Source of the DNA: Candidatus Poribacteria bacterium | Lineage (GTDB): Bacteria > Poribacteria > WGA-4E > WGA-3G | Reading direction: 5' to 3' | NCBI GenBank assembly: GCA_965242965.1 | Contig: OZ251518.1 | Span: 4,352,001 to 4,416,000, forward strand | Length of the DNA: 64,000 nucleotides | Shown here: piece by piece, positions 30,989-43,000 of the stretch | Layout: the number at the start of each line of letters is the position of its first letter | How positions within the stretch are numbered: position 1 is the stretch's first letter | Translations under genes and position numbers: made by a program | Notes under the pieces: model-generated | Database searches by the model: none | The model's input: the letters and a program-made list of their open reading frames with translations, nothing else | What the model was told of the DNA's origin: nothing

Positions 30989-32041
30989 ATGAAAATCTTA
31001 GTCACCGGCGGCACAGGCCGCATCGGAGCGAACCTCGCAAAAAAATTATTGGAAAAAGGCCACGAAATCCGCAGCTTCGTTTATCCCGGCGATGTCCATC
31101 GTGTCAATCGCCTTGATGGATATGAACGCGTCGAGACGGTCCTCGGAGATCTACGCGAATCCGAGGATGTCAAAAAGGCGGTTGAAGGCGTTGATGCTAT
31201 TTACCATATCGCCGCCGCATTCGGCGGGCCGTTTGACAACCGCGACTATCTCGCCATCAACGGCATGGGCACGCTCAACCTGCTTGAGTGTATCCGCGAG
31301 TGCAACCCGAACATCCATCGCCTCGTCTATGCCTCCACTGAAGCGATTTATTGGAACCTTACCGAAAAATGGCGGATTTTTGAAGAGCCGATTACCGAGG
31401 AGATGGTGGCAAAATACCACGCGATGCCCTATTTCCTCACAAAATGGATCGGCGAAGAGCTGTGCATGACGTATCATCACCAACACGGTATCCCGACTAC
31501 CGTCTTCCGTTTCACAACGGTGATCGAACCGAGCGAATTTCTCAACGAAGAAGGCATGCCGAAGCAGTTCATCTTGAGTCCCCTCTATCAACGCTACAAG
31601 AATTTCAAGGGGGACCGGCCGCTTGACATCGTGGCGGCGCACATGGTGAGAGCCGGGTGGAACGGCGAAGAAAAAATTGTCAAGAAACTCAGCCCGGACG
31701 GCCGCCCCTATAAGGAGCATTACGCCGATATTCGCGACATCGTCCAAGGATTGATACTCGGCCTGGAGAAGGATGCCGCTGTCGGTGAGGAGTTCACCCT
31801 CGGCGGAAAGGCACTCTTTGACTACGAAGAAATCGTCCCGTATCTGTGCAGACGGTATTACTTGGAGGCTGTGGAGGTGCAGATGCCGACGGCGAACTAT
31901 TTTGAGTTTGACTTGGGCAAAATCAGAAGATTGCTCGGTTTTGAACCGCAGCACGATCTGGCGAGCATCCTCGATGCCGCCGAAGCGATGCGGCGCGGCG
32001 AAGATGTCGGCATTATCCCCACCGGCGTTCGATGGGATTAG
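30989..32041 (+). CDS. NAD-dependent epimerase/dehydratase
   Basis: GGTGRIG, YFLTK (YxxxK). Confidence 0.9.
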   Translation: MKILVTGGTGRIGANLAKKLLEKGHEIRSFVYPGDVHRVNRLDGYERVETVLGDLRESEDVKKAVEGVDAIYHIAAAFGGPFDNRDYLAINGMGTLNLLECIRECNPNIHRLVYASTEAIYWNLTEKWRIFEEPITEEMVAKYHAMPYFLTKWIGEELCMTYHHQHGIPTTVFRFTTVIEPSEFLNEEGMPKQFILSPLYQRYKNFKGDRPLDIVAAHMVRAGWNGEEKIVKKLSPDGRPYKEHYADIRDIVQGLILGLEKDAAVGEEFTLGGKALFDYEEIVPYLCRRYYLEAVEVQMPTANYFEFDLGKIRRLLGFEPQHDLASILDAAEAMRRGEDVGIIPTGVRWD

Positions 32042-32069
32042 GGTTTCCAAACATAGGCGCGCCCTTCCG

Positions 32070-32600
32070 GTCTCTGTAGGTCAGGATCGCCTGATTCTGA
32101 CCCGTTTGTGATCAGGCGATCACAAACTACAGTGGGAGAAACACACATCGTGACGATGAGATCGCGGGGGACAGGCCCCCGCGCTACGATAAAAAACGCC
32201 CGCGTTACCGTAGGGCGAGGGCCTGTCCCTCGCCAGCGTTGGCGCGCCATGCTCTGTAGGTCAGGATCGCCTGCTCCTGACCCGTTTGTGATCAGGCGAT
32301 CACAAACTACAGTGGGGGAACACATCGGGACGATGGAGATCGCGGGGGACAGGCCCCCGCGCTACGGTGGAGGACGGTTCTTCTGCGGAACGATCGCGGG
32401 GGACAGGCCCCCGCGCTACGGTGGAGGACGGTTCTTCTGCGGAACGATCGCGGGGGACAGGCCCCCGCGCTACGGGAAAAAACGGCACTTCACCGTAGGG
32501 CGAGGGCCTGTCCCTCGCCAGCGTCGGCGTGCCAGGCTCTGTAGGTCAGGAGCACCTGCTCCTGACCCGTTCGGGAGCGGGCGCTCCCGAACTACAGAGG
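32070..32600. repeat. REP array
   Basis: Tandem mosaic REP units with duplicated linkers. Confidence 0.85.
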
Positions 32601-32686
32601 TGGGCCCGATGCGCGCCTCCTCACTTTTCTAACTAAAAACACAATAAGGTTGAACTATCATGAATGCGAAACTCGGAGCACGGCGA

Positions 32687-34303
32687 ATGCCAAAGAACGA
32701 ACGAAAATTCCCACACCCGACAGTAACCAAATGTGCTATCCTGCTGGCGTTCGCCTTTTTGGCATTGAGTTGCACTAAAGTGCAGACAACAACGCCAGCG
32801 CGGCACGTGCCCTCAAGCACCAAACACTTGGACAGGCACATTGATGCCGCGCTCAAACGCGAGGGCATCCAACCTTCTGAGCAATCCAAAGATGCAGAGT
32901 TCCTGCGCCGCGTCCACTTGGATTTAACCGGAAAAATCCCGTTGCCCGAAGAGGTGATGGATTTTATCCGTGACGGCGCGCCGAACAAACGCGCCAAGAA
33001 AATCGAACGGCTGCTTGAGAGTGAGGCGTATCTGGAGTATTGGAGCGATTTGTGGGTAACTTGGCTCATCGGAAGGCGCAGCGTGAACAACAATGAACGC
33101 GTGAAACTCACCGAATGGGCGCGCGAGGCACTCGCAGCCAACATGCCCTATAACCAGTTCGTCTCGGCACTCATCTCCGCCGAAGGCGTTTTGGAGGAGA
33201 ACAAGGAGACAAGTTACATCCAGCGATACGAAAGAACTCCTGTCTTCCTTACATCGCAGTCTACGCGTCTGTTTTTAGGACTCCCGATGCAGTGCGCCGA
33301 ATGCCATGACCACAAGACAGAATCATGGCGGCAGGAGGATTTCTACGGCATCGCCGCTTTCTTCACCGGTATAGACATTGAACGCCGAAAAATGAAGATG
33401 GAAAACGCCGAAGAAGCGAGGATGAGGGATTATCGCATGATAAACAAGGAGGAAGGCGCGATTTGGGTAGATGACCTGAAGACATCTATTTCGCCACGAT
33501 TCCTAGACGGCACGGAATACAAGGGTCCTCTCAGCGAAAAGCGGGCGGCACTCGCGCAGTGGATAACCGATAAGACGAATCCCTACTTCAGCAAGGCAAT
33601 CGTCAATCGCATCTGGAAACACTTCATGGGACGCGCCTTTGTCGAACCGCTGGATGGGTTTGGCAAGGAAAACCAGCCGACGAACCCGCAACTGCTAGAA
33701 TGGATGGCGGAGGATTTCGTCATCCACGACTATAATCTTCAGCATCTCATGCGAACTATCCTCAATTCGGAGGCGTATCAACGCACCTCCGAGACAAACG
33801 AAAGCAACAAGGACGATGAACTCTATTACTCACGCGCGTATGTGAAGCCGCTCAGTGCGGAACAGTTTTTCCACTCCATGTTGCAGGCGACCGGGTTTGA
33901 GAGACTCCAAAAACGGCGAGACCGTGGACAACTTGAGGCGATGAAACAGCGGCACTTAGATCGGTTCCTGTTCCTACTGAACAACGGCGAGATGGAGGAA
34001 CTCGAGGCGTTCAACGGCACCGTGCCGCAGGCACTCATGATGATTAACGGCACGCTGGTAAACGACAGCGCAAGCCACAAGACGCGCGGGAGTTTCATCC
34101 ACTATGTGCTAGAAAGATGGCGTGAACCGATGGAGCGGCTGGAGTATATCTACCTCACCGTCCTCTCGCGCCTACCAACGGCAAAAGAGAAGACTTACTT
34201 CCAACGCTATTTGGAACGGAGTCTGTATCGTAACAAGGCTTTGGCTTACGAAGACCTCTATTGGGTTTTGCTGAATTCGGCAGAGTTTTCGTTGAATCAT
34301 TAG
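32687..34303 (+). CDS. DUF1549/DUF1553 (planctomycete cytochrome-type) protein
   Basis: FLRRVHLDLTG, CAECHDH, VNRIWKHFMG, LLNSAEF; start could be 32660. Confidence 0.88.
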   Translation: MPKNERKFPHPTVTKCAILLAFAFLALSCTKVQTTTPARHVPSSTKHLDRHIDAALKREGIQPSEQSKDAEFLRRVHLDLTGKIPLPEEVMDFIRDGAPNKRAKKIERLLESEAYLEYWSDLWVTWLIGRRSVNNNERVKLTEWAREALAANMPYNQFVSALISAEGVLEENKETSYIQRYERTPVFLTSQSTRLFLGLPMQCAECHDHKTESWRQEDFYGIAAFFTGIDIERRKMKMENAEEARMRDYRMINKEEGAIWVDDLKTSISPRFLDGTEYKGPLSEKRAALAQWITDKTNPYFSKAIVNRIWKHFMGRAFVEPLDGFGKENQPTNPQLLEWMAEDFVIHDYNLQHLMRTILNSEAYQRTSETNESNKDDELYYSRAYVKPLSAEQFFHSMLQATGFERLQKRRDRGQLEAMKQRHLDRFLFLLNNGEMEELEAFNGTVPQALMMINGTLVNDSASHKTRGSFIHYVLERWREPMERLEYIYLTVLSRLPTAKEKTYFQRYLERSLYRNKALAYEDLYWVLLNSAEFSLNH

Positions 34304-34748
34304 ATTGTAAAGACAACGGTATTGCATCGAGACCGGGAGGTCTCTCCTACCTCGCCATGCGTTTGGCTGGCAGACTGCATCACCTCTGTAGGTCAAGATC
34401 GCCTGATCTTGACCCGTTTGTGATCAGGCGATCACAAACTACAGATGGGCCCGATGCCTGCCGGTAAGCGAAAACCCGTAGGAGAGACCTCCCGGTCTCG
34501 ATGCCCTCTTGGGGATGCAGTTTGGCAGCAGAACGCATGGCGAGGGACAGGCCCTCGCCCTACGGTAACGCGGGCGTTTTTTTCACCGTAGCGCGGGGGC
34601 CTGTCCCCCGCGATCATTGGAGTGCGCGAGGCATGGCGAGGGGAACCCTCTCGGATGCGCGTGTGGCATCCGAGGGCCCTCGCCCTACGTGAAAGGACGG
34701 CGTTTTTTCACCGCAGCGCGGGATCCTACAAAAAAAGTCAATTTTTTC

Positions 34749-34777
34749 TTGACATCAATCTGCAAATAAGGTATCCT
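34749..34777 (+). promoter_or_regulatory. sigma70-like promoter
   Basis: TTGACA-17 bp-TATCCT. Confidence 0.55.
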
Positions 34778-34834
34778 ATAGTTAAACAAATCAAGATGGA
34801 GTTTGTAATCGACATTATATAGGAGATTTTTATC

Positions 34835-35557
34835 ATGAAAACACGTAATCTGTTTATTACGATTTGTGCCATTACCATCGGCATCGCAGCGATGGCAGTC
34901 GCGCAAACCTATTTCGAGGATAACTTTGACGACGCGAAGGAATCCGAAAAGAAATGGGTAGCCCTCTTTGGAGAATGGGAATTCAAAAGCGATGAATACC
35001 ATCAACTCCAGAATACCCCGAACTGCATGAGCGTCATCGCCGATGAGTTCTGGGATGATGCCTGGAACGAATACACCTTCGAGGTGCGCGGCAATAAGGT
35101 TAGCGGCGCAGAAGGGTTCCTCATTATGTTCCGCTGCCAAGGCGTGATGCAAGCACGCGGACAGGCCCTGGAAGACCATCCGCCGCGCATGGAGAAGCTC
35201 AAACCGTCGTTAGAATACTGGTGGAACCTCGGCGGTTGGGGGAACACCCGCTCGCAGGTAGAATCGTGGGGTGGCAAAGCCGGCGCGAATAGCAACCACA
35301 CCATTGATGAGAAAGAGTGGTATAACATCAAAATCGTCAACACGCCGGACAGTTACACGGTTATCCTCAACGATGAGGAAGTCGCGGAAGTCAATGACGA
35401 CACGGAGAGCGGTGTTGGGCGCGTCGGTTTAGCGACCTGGAGCACCGTTGCGAAGTATGACGATGTGATTGTTTACGGACCGGATGGCCCCTCGTTGCCT
35501 GTGGATGCGCAAAGCAAATTGGCTACGACCTGGGGAGAATTGAAGTCGGTCCGGTAG
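34835..35557 (+). CDS. Secreted beta-jelly-roll (DUF1080-like) protein with C-terminal VDAQSKLATTWGELK motif
   Basis: Signal peptide, WYNIKI, GRVGL, C-terminal motif. Confidence 0.75.
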   Translation: MKTRNLFITICAITIGIAAMAVAQTYFEDNFDDAKESEKKWVALFGEWEFKSDEYHQLQNTPNCMSVIADEFWDDAWNEYTFEVRGNKVSGAEGFLIMFRCQGVMQARGQALEDHPPRMEKLKPSLEYWWNLGGWGNTRSQVESWGGKAGANSNHTIDEKEWYNIKIVNTPDSYTVILNDEEVAEVNDDTESGVGRVGLATWSTVAKYDDVIVYGPDGPSLPVDAQSKLATTWGELKSVR

Positions 35558-35561
35558 GTTA

Positions 35562-36180
35562 CTGTAGCGCGGGGGCCCTCGGATGCCACACGCGCATCCG
35601 AGCGGGTTTCCCCCGCGATCGTCCGATCGGGATTACCGTAGCGCGGGGGCCTGTCCCCCGCGATCGTTGGAGTGCACAAAAGACCGTAGTTCGGGAGCGC
35701 CCGCTCCCGTAGCGCGGGGGCCTGTCCCCCGCGATCGCCATTGGCCAGTTATGTTTTTAGGTCCTTTAGGTCCTTAATGTCTATAGCAGCCCGTGTCGGC
35801 CCGTTTTCAAGGTCCTTTAGGTCCTTAATAAAAAACACGCGCGGCCCTGGCACAACCTATTAAGGACCTAAAGGACCTTAGGCTTCTTCGCAGGCGCGCG
35901 TGCTATAGACATTAAGGTCCTACGGACCTAAGAGACGTTTTTTCCCGTAGCGCGGGGGACAGGCCCCCGCGATCGTTGGAGTGCGCGAGGCATGGCGAGG
36001 GACAGGCCCTCGCCCTACGGTAACGGAAACGGGTACGGATAACCGTAGCGCGGGGGCCTGTCCCCCGCGATCGTTCGGATGCACAAGAGACCGTAGTTCG
36101 GGAGCGCCCGCTCCCGTAGCGCGGGGGCCTGTCCCCCGCGATCGTTGCATGGCGAGGGACAGGCCCTCGCCCTACGGTAA
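35562..36180. repeat. REP array including a long nested inverted-repeat unit (35758-35930)
   Basis: TAGGTCCTTTAGGTCCTTAATGTCTATAGC ... GCTATAGACATTAAGGTCCTACGGACCTA. Confidence 0.85.
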
Positions 36181-36220
36181 AACGGGGCGTTCTTTTCACC
36201 GTCACAAAGGAAAACAAAAA

Positions 36221-39200
36221 ATGCCAAAACAACACGAACAACACGAAACAACAATCACACCACACGTCGCCGAGATGCTACGCAAAATGTGCCCCGGCTG
36301 GACAATTGAGCAAACTTCTCCATTCGTCGGAACTCAAGCAACGCCAGATATCATGGCGAAACGCGCCGGACACCAGACAATTGCCATCGAAGCGAAACCG
36401 TATGATAAAAAGCGCGAAGGCGTATCGCAGGTTCGAGATCGCTATATGGGACGCGAACTCACCACAAAATGGGTAGGCGTGAGTGAAACCTTGCATACCG
36501 CCATGGTAATCCACTATCCTCAAGACGTGATGGAGTCATCGGGTGAAAACTTGGTGCATGCGTTGAAGGCTGCCCATGACATTGAATATCTGCTCATCGG
36601 CGAAACGCATGGAAAACCCTATCAATTCCCAAGTGAAGGCTATGCGCATGGCACCTTGGCAGACATCGCCAATGCCTTGCAAGTCGGTGCCGTTCCGCAA
36701 GAGGAGATTGACAACGCCGTCGCTCAGATGGATAGGGATATCAAAGTCGCCGCAACGTGGCTTGAGCATGCCATATCCGAAAGTGATGCAATGTGCGAGG
36801 TGTTGGAGGAAATTCTGGATCAGAAGGTGAAAATCCCGGTGGATGCCGAGTCCGAACGTGAGACGAGGGACGACCTGTTGGAGAAGACTCCGGAGTTGGA
36901 GGTGAGTGAGCAGACATGTCGGATGGCTTGTCTGATAATCACAAATGCCTTCGTGTTCCAGAACGCTATCGCCGGTAAGAAAATAGAGGATAACAAGGCA
37001 AAGGAGGAAGAGGAAAAGCCCAAAAAGGATTTAAGAACCGTGAACCCGCTGAGTTATTACACCGGACGCGCGATGGATTGGCGAGAGGTAGTTGAGGACT
37101 GGGAGACTATCTTGGCGGTTAACTACCAGCCGATTTTCAAGGACGCGTTGCGGATGTTGCGGAAAGCGTTCATCTACGACGTAGCGATGATGAACAAGGT
37201 GCTAGATAAACTATGGCATGCGGCGTATACGCTGGTGCAGTCGCATCTGCCGCAAATCCACGAGTTGGCAGGCGAGATTGTCCAGCGGCTCATCATCGAC
37301 AGAAAGTATGTCAAGACAAACTACACGTTGCCGACGAGTGCCGCCCTCTTATCGGCGTTAGTCTGTCCGGGTATCAACGTTGACAACCTACCGAAAGTAG
37401 CCGACTTCGCCTGCGGGACAGGCGCGTTGTTGAACGGCGTTTACAAACGCGTCCAGCGGCTCTATGAGCAGAAAACGGGACGCAGCAGCGTGAAAATCCA
37501 TCGTGACATGCTGGAGAACAACTTGGCAGGTTCGGATATCTACTCGCACAACACGCACATCACCTTCGCGACGATGGCGAGTGCGCATCCAAAGGTGACG
37601 TTGGGTGCAACCCGTGTGATAACCGCACCCTACGGCGAGATGAAAACCGCCGACGGAAACACCCTCTATACAACCGGCTCCCTAGAACTGCTGAATACCG
37701 AAGAATTCGAGATAACCGAACTCGCCGCCGAACAACTTCATGGCGATAGCGAAGAATCACCTGTCATCATGAACCGGCGGTATCCTGATGGCGAAATGGA
37801 TATCGTGCTCCAAAACCCGCCGTTCTCACGTGACGGTGCAGACAACAATAGTCCGAAGGCACGAAAAGGCGTGTTTGTAAGCCATCAGCACTCCAAACAT
37901 GACAAGGAGAAAATGAAGGCAGCCTTGGCGCGAAAAGATACCCGAGTGAGTCACGGACAAGCCGGACTCGGAAGCTACTTCGCTGATTTGGCTGATAGGA
38001 AACTCAAGAAAGGCGGCGTGATGGGCATCATCCTGCCTATATCCTGTCTCACCGGGGTCAGTTGGCAAAAACTGCGCAACCTATGGGCAACCAAGTATCA
38101 TAACGTCACCATCGTTACCATTGCGGAAGACGACAAATCCGACAGCGCATTCTCTGCCGATACCGGCATGGCGGAATGCATCGTTGTTGCGACAAAAGGC
38201 GTTGCCGAAAATACCGGCAGCGGACGGTTCGTCTGCCTCGACTACCGTCCGAAAAGCAACCTAGAAGCGAGCATTATTGGCGAATACCTTCACACTCTCC
38301 AAAACCCAAGCCGAGCCGAAGAGATCCCACACGGCGGAACGCGACTCACCATCGGTGAACAGCAAATTGCACAGGTTATCGAATGTCCTATTCCGCAGGA
38401 CGAAGTATGGAGTGCATCCCGAACGAAGTCAATGGCAATTCTCCAAACCGCCCATCACCTCCGAAATGGACACATCTGGCTGCCCTTACAGTTAGAACCA
38501 CTAGAGATTCCGATGGCTCGCGTCGGTGAGATTGCCCAAACCGGATTCCACGCAGAGGTTATCCAAGGAAAAAAGGGACCGTTCAGCACCACCAAAAGCC
38601 GAACTGCCAGCGATAGCCTTTACCCGTTTATCTCCGGTGCCAACTACATAGAACAGCGCGCAATGGTTATTGAACCTGATGCCGAAGGAACAGTCCGTCC
38701 CGAAAACCGTTCGGAACTGGGAAAAGTGATGTCCGTTAACAGCCATGCGCACTACTACATGCTACCCACTTTTAGTTCCACCTCCCAATTGGCAATGCTT
38801 ACCGAGCATCCGTCAATCGGAGCAAGCGCAATAACGAACGTTAAGTTCGCGAACTTTCAACAAGAAGCAGCGTTCGCGCTATGGTGCAATTCCACGTTTG
38901 GATTCCTGTGTCACTGGATGCACAGCGCAAAGGACCAGACTTCTCGCGGCAAAATCAAGTTGAACGCGCTCAAAATGCTTCCGACGCTTGATGTCACCCA
39001 ACTGAGCGAGCCTCAACTCACCGCTGCCGAGAGAATCTTCGTCGATATTGCCAACCGGCGAATGAAACCTCTTCGTGAATGTGACACGGATTCGTGGCGG
39101 CACATCCTTGATGCGCGCCTCCTCGCCGAGGTGCTCGGTATCACCGATGACGAAACTCACAAAGCGTTGCATGCGCTGCGGAGAACGCTCAGTCAAGAGC

Positions 39201-39448
39201 CAAGCATCAAAGGCACGGTTAAGCGTCAATGCAATCTCGCTGCTGAACGAGAGAAGCTTCGTGAAAAAGGCATTGAGTTGCCCGGTAGTGAGGCAGATGA
39301 TGCCGCTGCCTTGAAGTTGCAGCAGCAACGGCTCATCGGAGAGGGTATCTATCTCCCCGTTGCAAACGAAAAGCAGGGCACGCTGAGGTTTGATGAACAT
39401 CACCCCAAAACCCTCCGCGAGCAAATGGATTTTATTGCTGCGGAGTAG
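36221..39448 (+). CDS. Type IIG-like single-chain restriction-modification enzyme
   Basis: N-terminal PDI...IEAK nuclease motif, DFACGTG motif I, NPPF motif IV, C-terminal TRD-like region; AAAGG RBS. Confidence 0.8.
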   Translation: MPKQHEQHETTITPHVAEMLRKMCPGWTIEQTSPFVGTQATPDIMAKRAGHQTIAIEAKPYDKKREGVSQVRDRYMGRELTTKWVGVSETLHTAMVIHYPQDVMESSGENLVHALKAAHDIEYLLIGETHGKPYQFPSEGYAHGTLADIANALQVGAVPQEEIDNAVAQMDRDIKVAATWLEHAISESDAMCEVLEEILDQKVKIPVDAESERETRDDLLEKTPELEVSEQTCRMACLIITNAFVFQNAIAGKKIEDNKAKEEEEKPKKDLRTVNPLSYYTGRAMDWREVVEDWETILAVNYQPIFKDALRMLRKAFIYDVAMMNKVLDKLWHAAYTLVQSHLPQIHELAGEIVQRLIIDRKYVKTNYTLPTSAALLSALVCPGINVDNLPKVADFACGTGALLNGVYKRVQRLYEQKTGRSSVKIHRDMLENNLAGSDIYSHNTHITFATMASAHPKVTLGATRVITAPYGEMKTADGNTLYTTGSLELLNTEEFEITELAAEQLHGDSEESPVIMNRRYPDGEMDIVLQNPPFSRDGADNNSPKARKGVFVSHQHSKHDKEKMKAALARKDTRVSHGQAGLGSYFADLADRKLKKGGVMGIILPISCLTGVSWQKLRNLWATKYHNVTIVTIAEDDKSDSAFSADTGMAECIVVATKGVAENTGSGRFVCLDYRPKSNLEASIIGEYLHTLQNPSRAEEIPHGGTRLTIGEQQIAQVIECPIPQDEVWSASRTKSMAILQTAHHLRNGHIWLPLQLEPLEIPMARVGEIAQTGFHAEVIQGKKGPFSTTKSRTASDSLYPFISGANYIEQRAMVIEPDAEGTVRPENRSELGKVMSVNSHAHYYMLPTFSSTSQLAMLTEHPSIGASAITNVKFANFQQEAAFALWCNSTFGFLCHWMHSAKDQTSRGKIKLNALKMLPTLDVTQLSEPQLTAAERIFVDIANRRMKPLRECDTDSWRHILDARLLAEVLGITDDETHKALHALRRTLSQEPSIKGTVKRQCNLAAEREKLREKGIELPGSEADDAAALKLQQQRLIGEGIYLPVANEKQGTLRFDEHHPKTLREQMDFIAAE

Positions 39449-39486
39449 TTCATACCAAATTCATTTGATTTGTCTCGTCTTGTCTC

Positions 39487-40030
39487 TGTAGGTCAAGATC
39501 GCCTGATCCTGACCCGTTCGGGATCAGGCGATCCCGAACTACAGAGGTGGGCCCGATGCCTTCCGGTAGGAGAGACCTCCTGGTCTCGATTTTTCCCGTA
39601 GCGCGGGGGCCTGTCCCCCGCGATGGCCATCGTCAAGCGGTAGTGTTTTAGGTCCTTTAGGTCCTACATGTCTATAGAAAAACGTGTCAGCCCACGGCAA
39701 GGTCCTTTAGGTCCTTAATAAAAAAACACGCGGACCTGGCAAAACCTATTAAGGACCTAAAGGACCTTAGCGTTCTTCGCGTTCGCGCGTGCTATAGACA
39801 TTAAGGTCCTACGGACCTTAAGAGACGTTCCCTAGGTCTGTAAGACCTACATGTCTATAGAAAAACGTGTCGACCCCATTCTTAAGGTCCGCTAGGTCCT
39901 TAATCGAGCGGATCTTAACGGAACAGGCGGCTCTAGAAATCTGTTCATACGGTGGGAGCACAACAAATCTGGTAGGCGCGCTTTGTCAGCGCGCATTATC
40001 CACGGGCGTGGTTTGAAACCGCGCCTACCA
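39487..40030. repeat. REP array between convergent genes
   Basis: Several REP classes plus a GGTCC/GGACC nested inverted-repeat unit. Confidence 0.8.
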
Positions 40031-40085
40031 ACGGAATTAAGGGTTGTACGTAAGTTCTGAGTCCCTGGCTTCTGATGCTCTCGCG

Positions 40086-43000
40086 TTAGTCATTTTTCCC
40101 GAGATTTTCGGCGAGGTCTTCAAGCGAAAATCCCTCGCTTTCCCAGACAGACTTATTAACGCGAATACCTTTTGTGCCTGCCTCATACACCAATCTGAAA
40201 CCTTCAAAGGACCTATTGGCAGTAACCTCAGCCCGCCATTCCTCTAGATCGGCGAGGTCTTGGCATAATGGGACGATGTGGTCTCCAATATTGTTGATGA
40301 ACCGCATATCCTTCTTGACGGTGTCCAAATCAGGTTCGGTGTTTTCAACGATTGGAACAATGCATAGCAGGAACCTTCCTACTGTTTCCACAGCGGTTTC
40401 TACCTGCCTGGAACTCATAAGGACGCTCTGGCCTCGCGTGGATTTCACCTCGATTAGCCAACTTTGGTTATCCTGAGTTAGACTTAGCGTTCCTAAGTCT
40501 GAAACTTCAAAATCCGACCCGGTACCGGTACGTTCCACAGAGAAACACGACTGTTCCAGGGCCTTCTTCACCAATTTTTCTACATGTTGTCCCAAGCGTT
40601 GGTTGTTAGATCTGACGCGCCTTTTTTTCCGACGCTCTTCGAGATGTTGGAGGAGATTTTCGTCATCCTTCACGTCTTGCACTAACGCGCGAACCTGTTT
40701 CAAATCACCACCCGTTGCCTGATGTAACTCTGTGATCTCACTAATCAGTTTGTTACGTTCGTCGGGGTTTGTCGTAGCAAGTTCTAGCCTCAAGTCAGAC
40801 TCCGCCACCCGCATTGCTTCCAGCAGCTTGACAGCTGCTGGATTTTGATTCAGAGAACTCGGATCCCATCCGCTACCGCGAAGCAGATTTGCAAGCGATT
40901 GAGCACTTGCATAATCGGCTTTGCGATTTCCTAGCGGAACCCACTTTCTTTCCACCAAAGGCACTAGCCATTCGGCCGCGTAGTAGCAATGTTCTTTGCC
41001 ACAGTCGCAGAGAGCTTCGCAGGTCTCTAATCCCTTGGCATCATGGATAATCGACCATTCTGTGAGAAACTCCCAAAATCGGCGGGCAAGACGCTGACTC
41101 TGGCGCACTCGGTCCAGGATTCCAATATCGTCTGTAGTTAGGAAAACAACGTTAGTCACTGGAACCAGTTCGGAAGTTTTGTGATCGTCTTCCTCAGTGA
41201 GTGGTTGAGCAGGGAGGAAGGAGTCGTGATATACTTCCTTGGTAATTATCACGTTCTTTCTGAGAAAACCTTCCTGATCCAAAGTCTGCCATACGTCGGA
41301 ATTGGGTGCCTTCTCGAAGAAAGTGCTATCCAAGATGCGCCGTTGTGGGAAAAGTTCGGAGTACGGCTGCAGATCTGCCGCCCATGCCCGAACAGGCACT
41401 AGGAGTTGATTGTCGTCAAGAAGGGCTCGCTTGAGGCTGATAATGTCAGAATTTCCATCTTCAGCGAACACCGGGAACCCTTGTAAGCGTTCCCAGTCTT
41501 CCCTACCAACTATCCAAGCAAAAAGGCTTGCACTCGCCGCCTTGAAGTTTTCGTCGGGATTTTTGCGAGCGCGTTCTTGGAGTTTTTTGATGAGCGTATC
41601 AACAACGTACTCGCTATCCCAATCACCTTCACCCGTTTCTCCAGCTAATGAAGTAAGCCGAGTATCACGAAGTTTACGTCGGATACGCCACTCAAGTAAC
41701 TCTCCGATCGTTTTTAACTCTTCGTCTATGCCTAAATCGCGGCGGAGATTAGAAAGTTGGTGAAACTCGCCAACTTGGTTAGGGACAAAACGACGGTTAC
41801 GGATGTCCCTATCAAATCCGTTATCTCTAAGAAATCTATAGAGTCGATCCAACCATTCAACAGTGCAAACCTCAACTTGCAGTAAGTTCTGGAGATCGGC
41901 AAGAGAGGAACACCTCTGCTCAACACGTCGCGCTAGTTGAGCACCATCTTCCCCAAACTCTGATGTTTGACAATCAGATACACTTGCCCAACTATTGATG
42001 GCTTTATACCATCCAGCGGCTTCGTCTCGTCTTGGCAATTTCTCACGGTTTCCTTGCCAATCCGCCAGCAAATCCCAGAGAGCTGTTACGCTCGTGTCAC
42101 GTTGTGCCAGGGGCAACAGGGCCTCTTTCGGTGCTACCGCATCGCCCGCCTCATTCAGAACAGCCGGAGTTTGGCAGATTTCCTCAATGAGATTTTCGGT
42201 AACACGCGTTCTAAGCCATTCCTGATTTAGCCAATCCTTTCCGGGGATAGCAGGAACTTCCGTTAGCAGATGAGCATTCCGCCATCCGGATGATGCCGCG
42301 TACCGAAGCATTTTGACAAGCAACTGGCAGGCTTCTTCAATAGCTTCCTGGTTTTTGACATTCTCGTCGTTGTCCCCTTGTCCAAGATACACACCGTCGC
42401 GATTTTCCGTTGGCGTAAACTTGAAACTATTGATGACAGTAGGGAAACTAAAGGATTCGGTACCGACGAGAGGAAAACCGAGGAAGAGCCGTGGTGTATC
42501 CTCAATAGGTGAGCAGACCGAACTGTCGCCATCTGACTCCAGTGGGATAGTAACGGAAGTCTTCTCACCTTGCGCCAGAAGGTATTTCCTTTCTCGCCGA
42601 TTTCCATCCGTGATTTCTGCAACCGTAATTTGCTGAATTTCTTCTGAGTCCTGTGGTGGGCGTTCAACCACTTCAAAACATATCGTTTCGCCACGATTTT
42701 CAATGTCGATGCGGGAAAACTCCTGATTGAAAACAACCACGAACGGCGCACATTGCTTCAGCGTTGTGATTCCTTTCGCCACTGCATCTCTTGCGTCATC
42801 CTCAAGAGGATATACAAATCGGGTGGTGAAGCAGTCGGGAATCGGAACTTGAAGAGACGGAGTAGGGTTGAAATTTTTCCACGCTAGGTCCATTGACTCA
42901 CGAAGTGATGCCACTGAATCAGGTTTCCGCTCAAGGCAGAAATAGAACCATGAATCGCCAAGTTGCCCTGAGACATATATTTTCGGAGACAACAGGTGGG

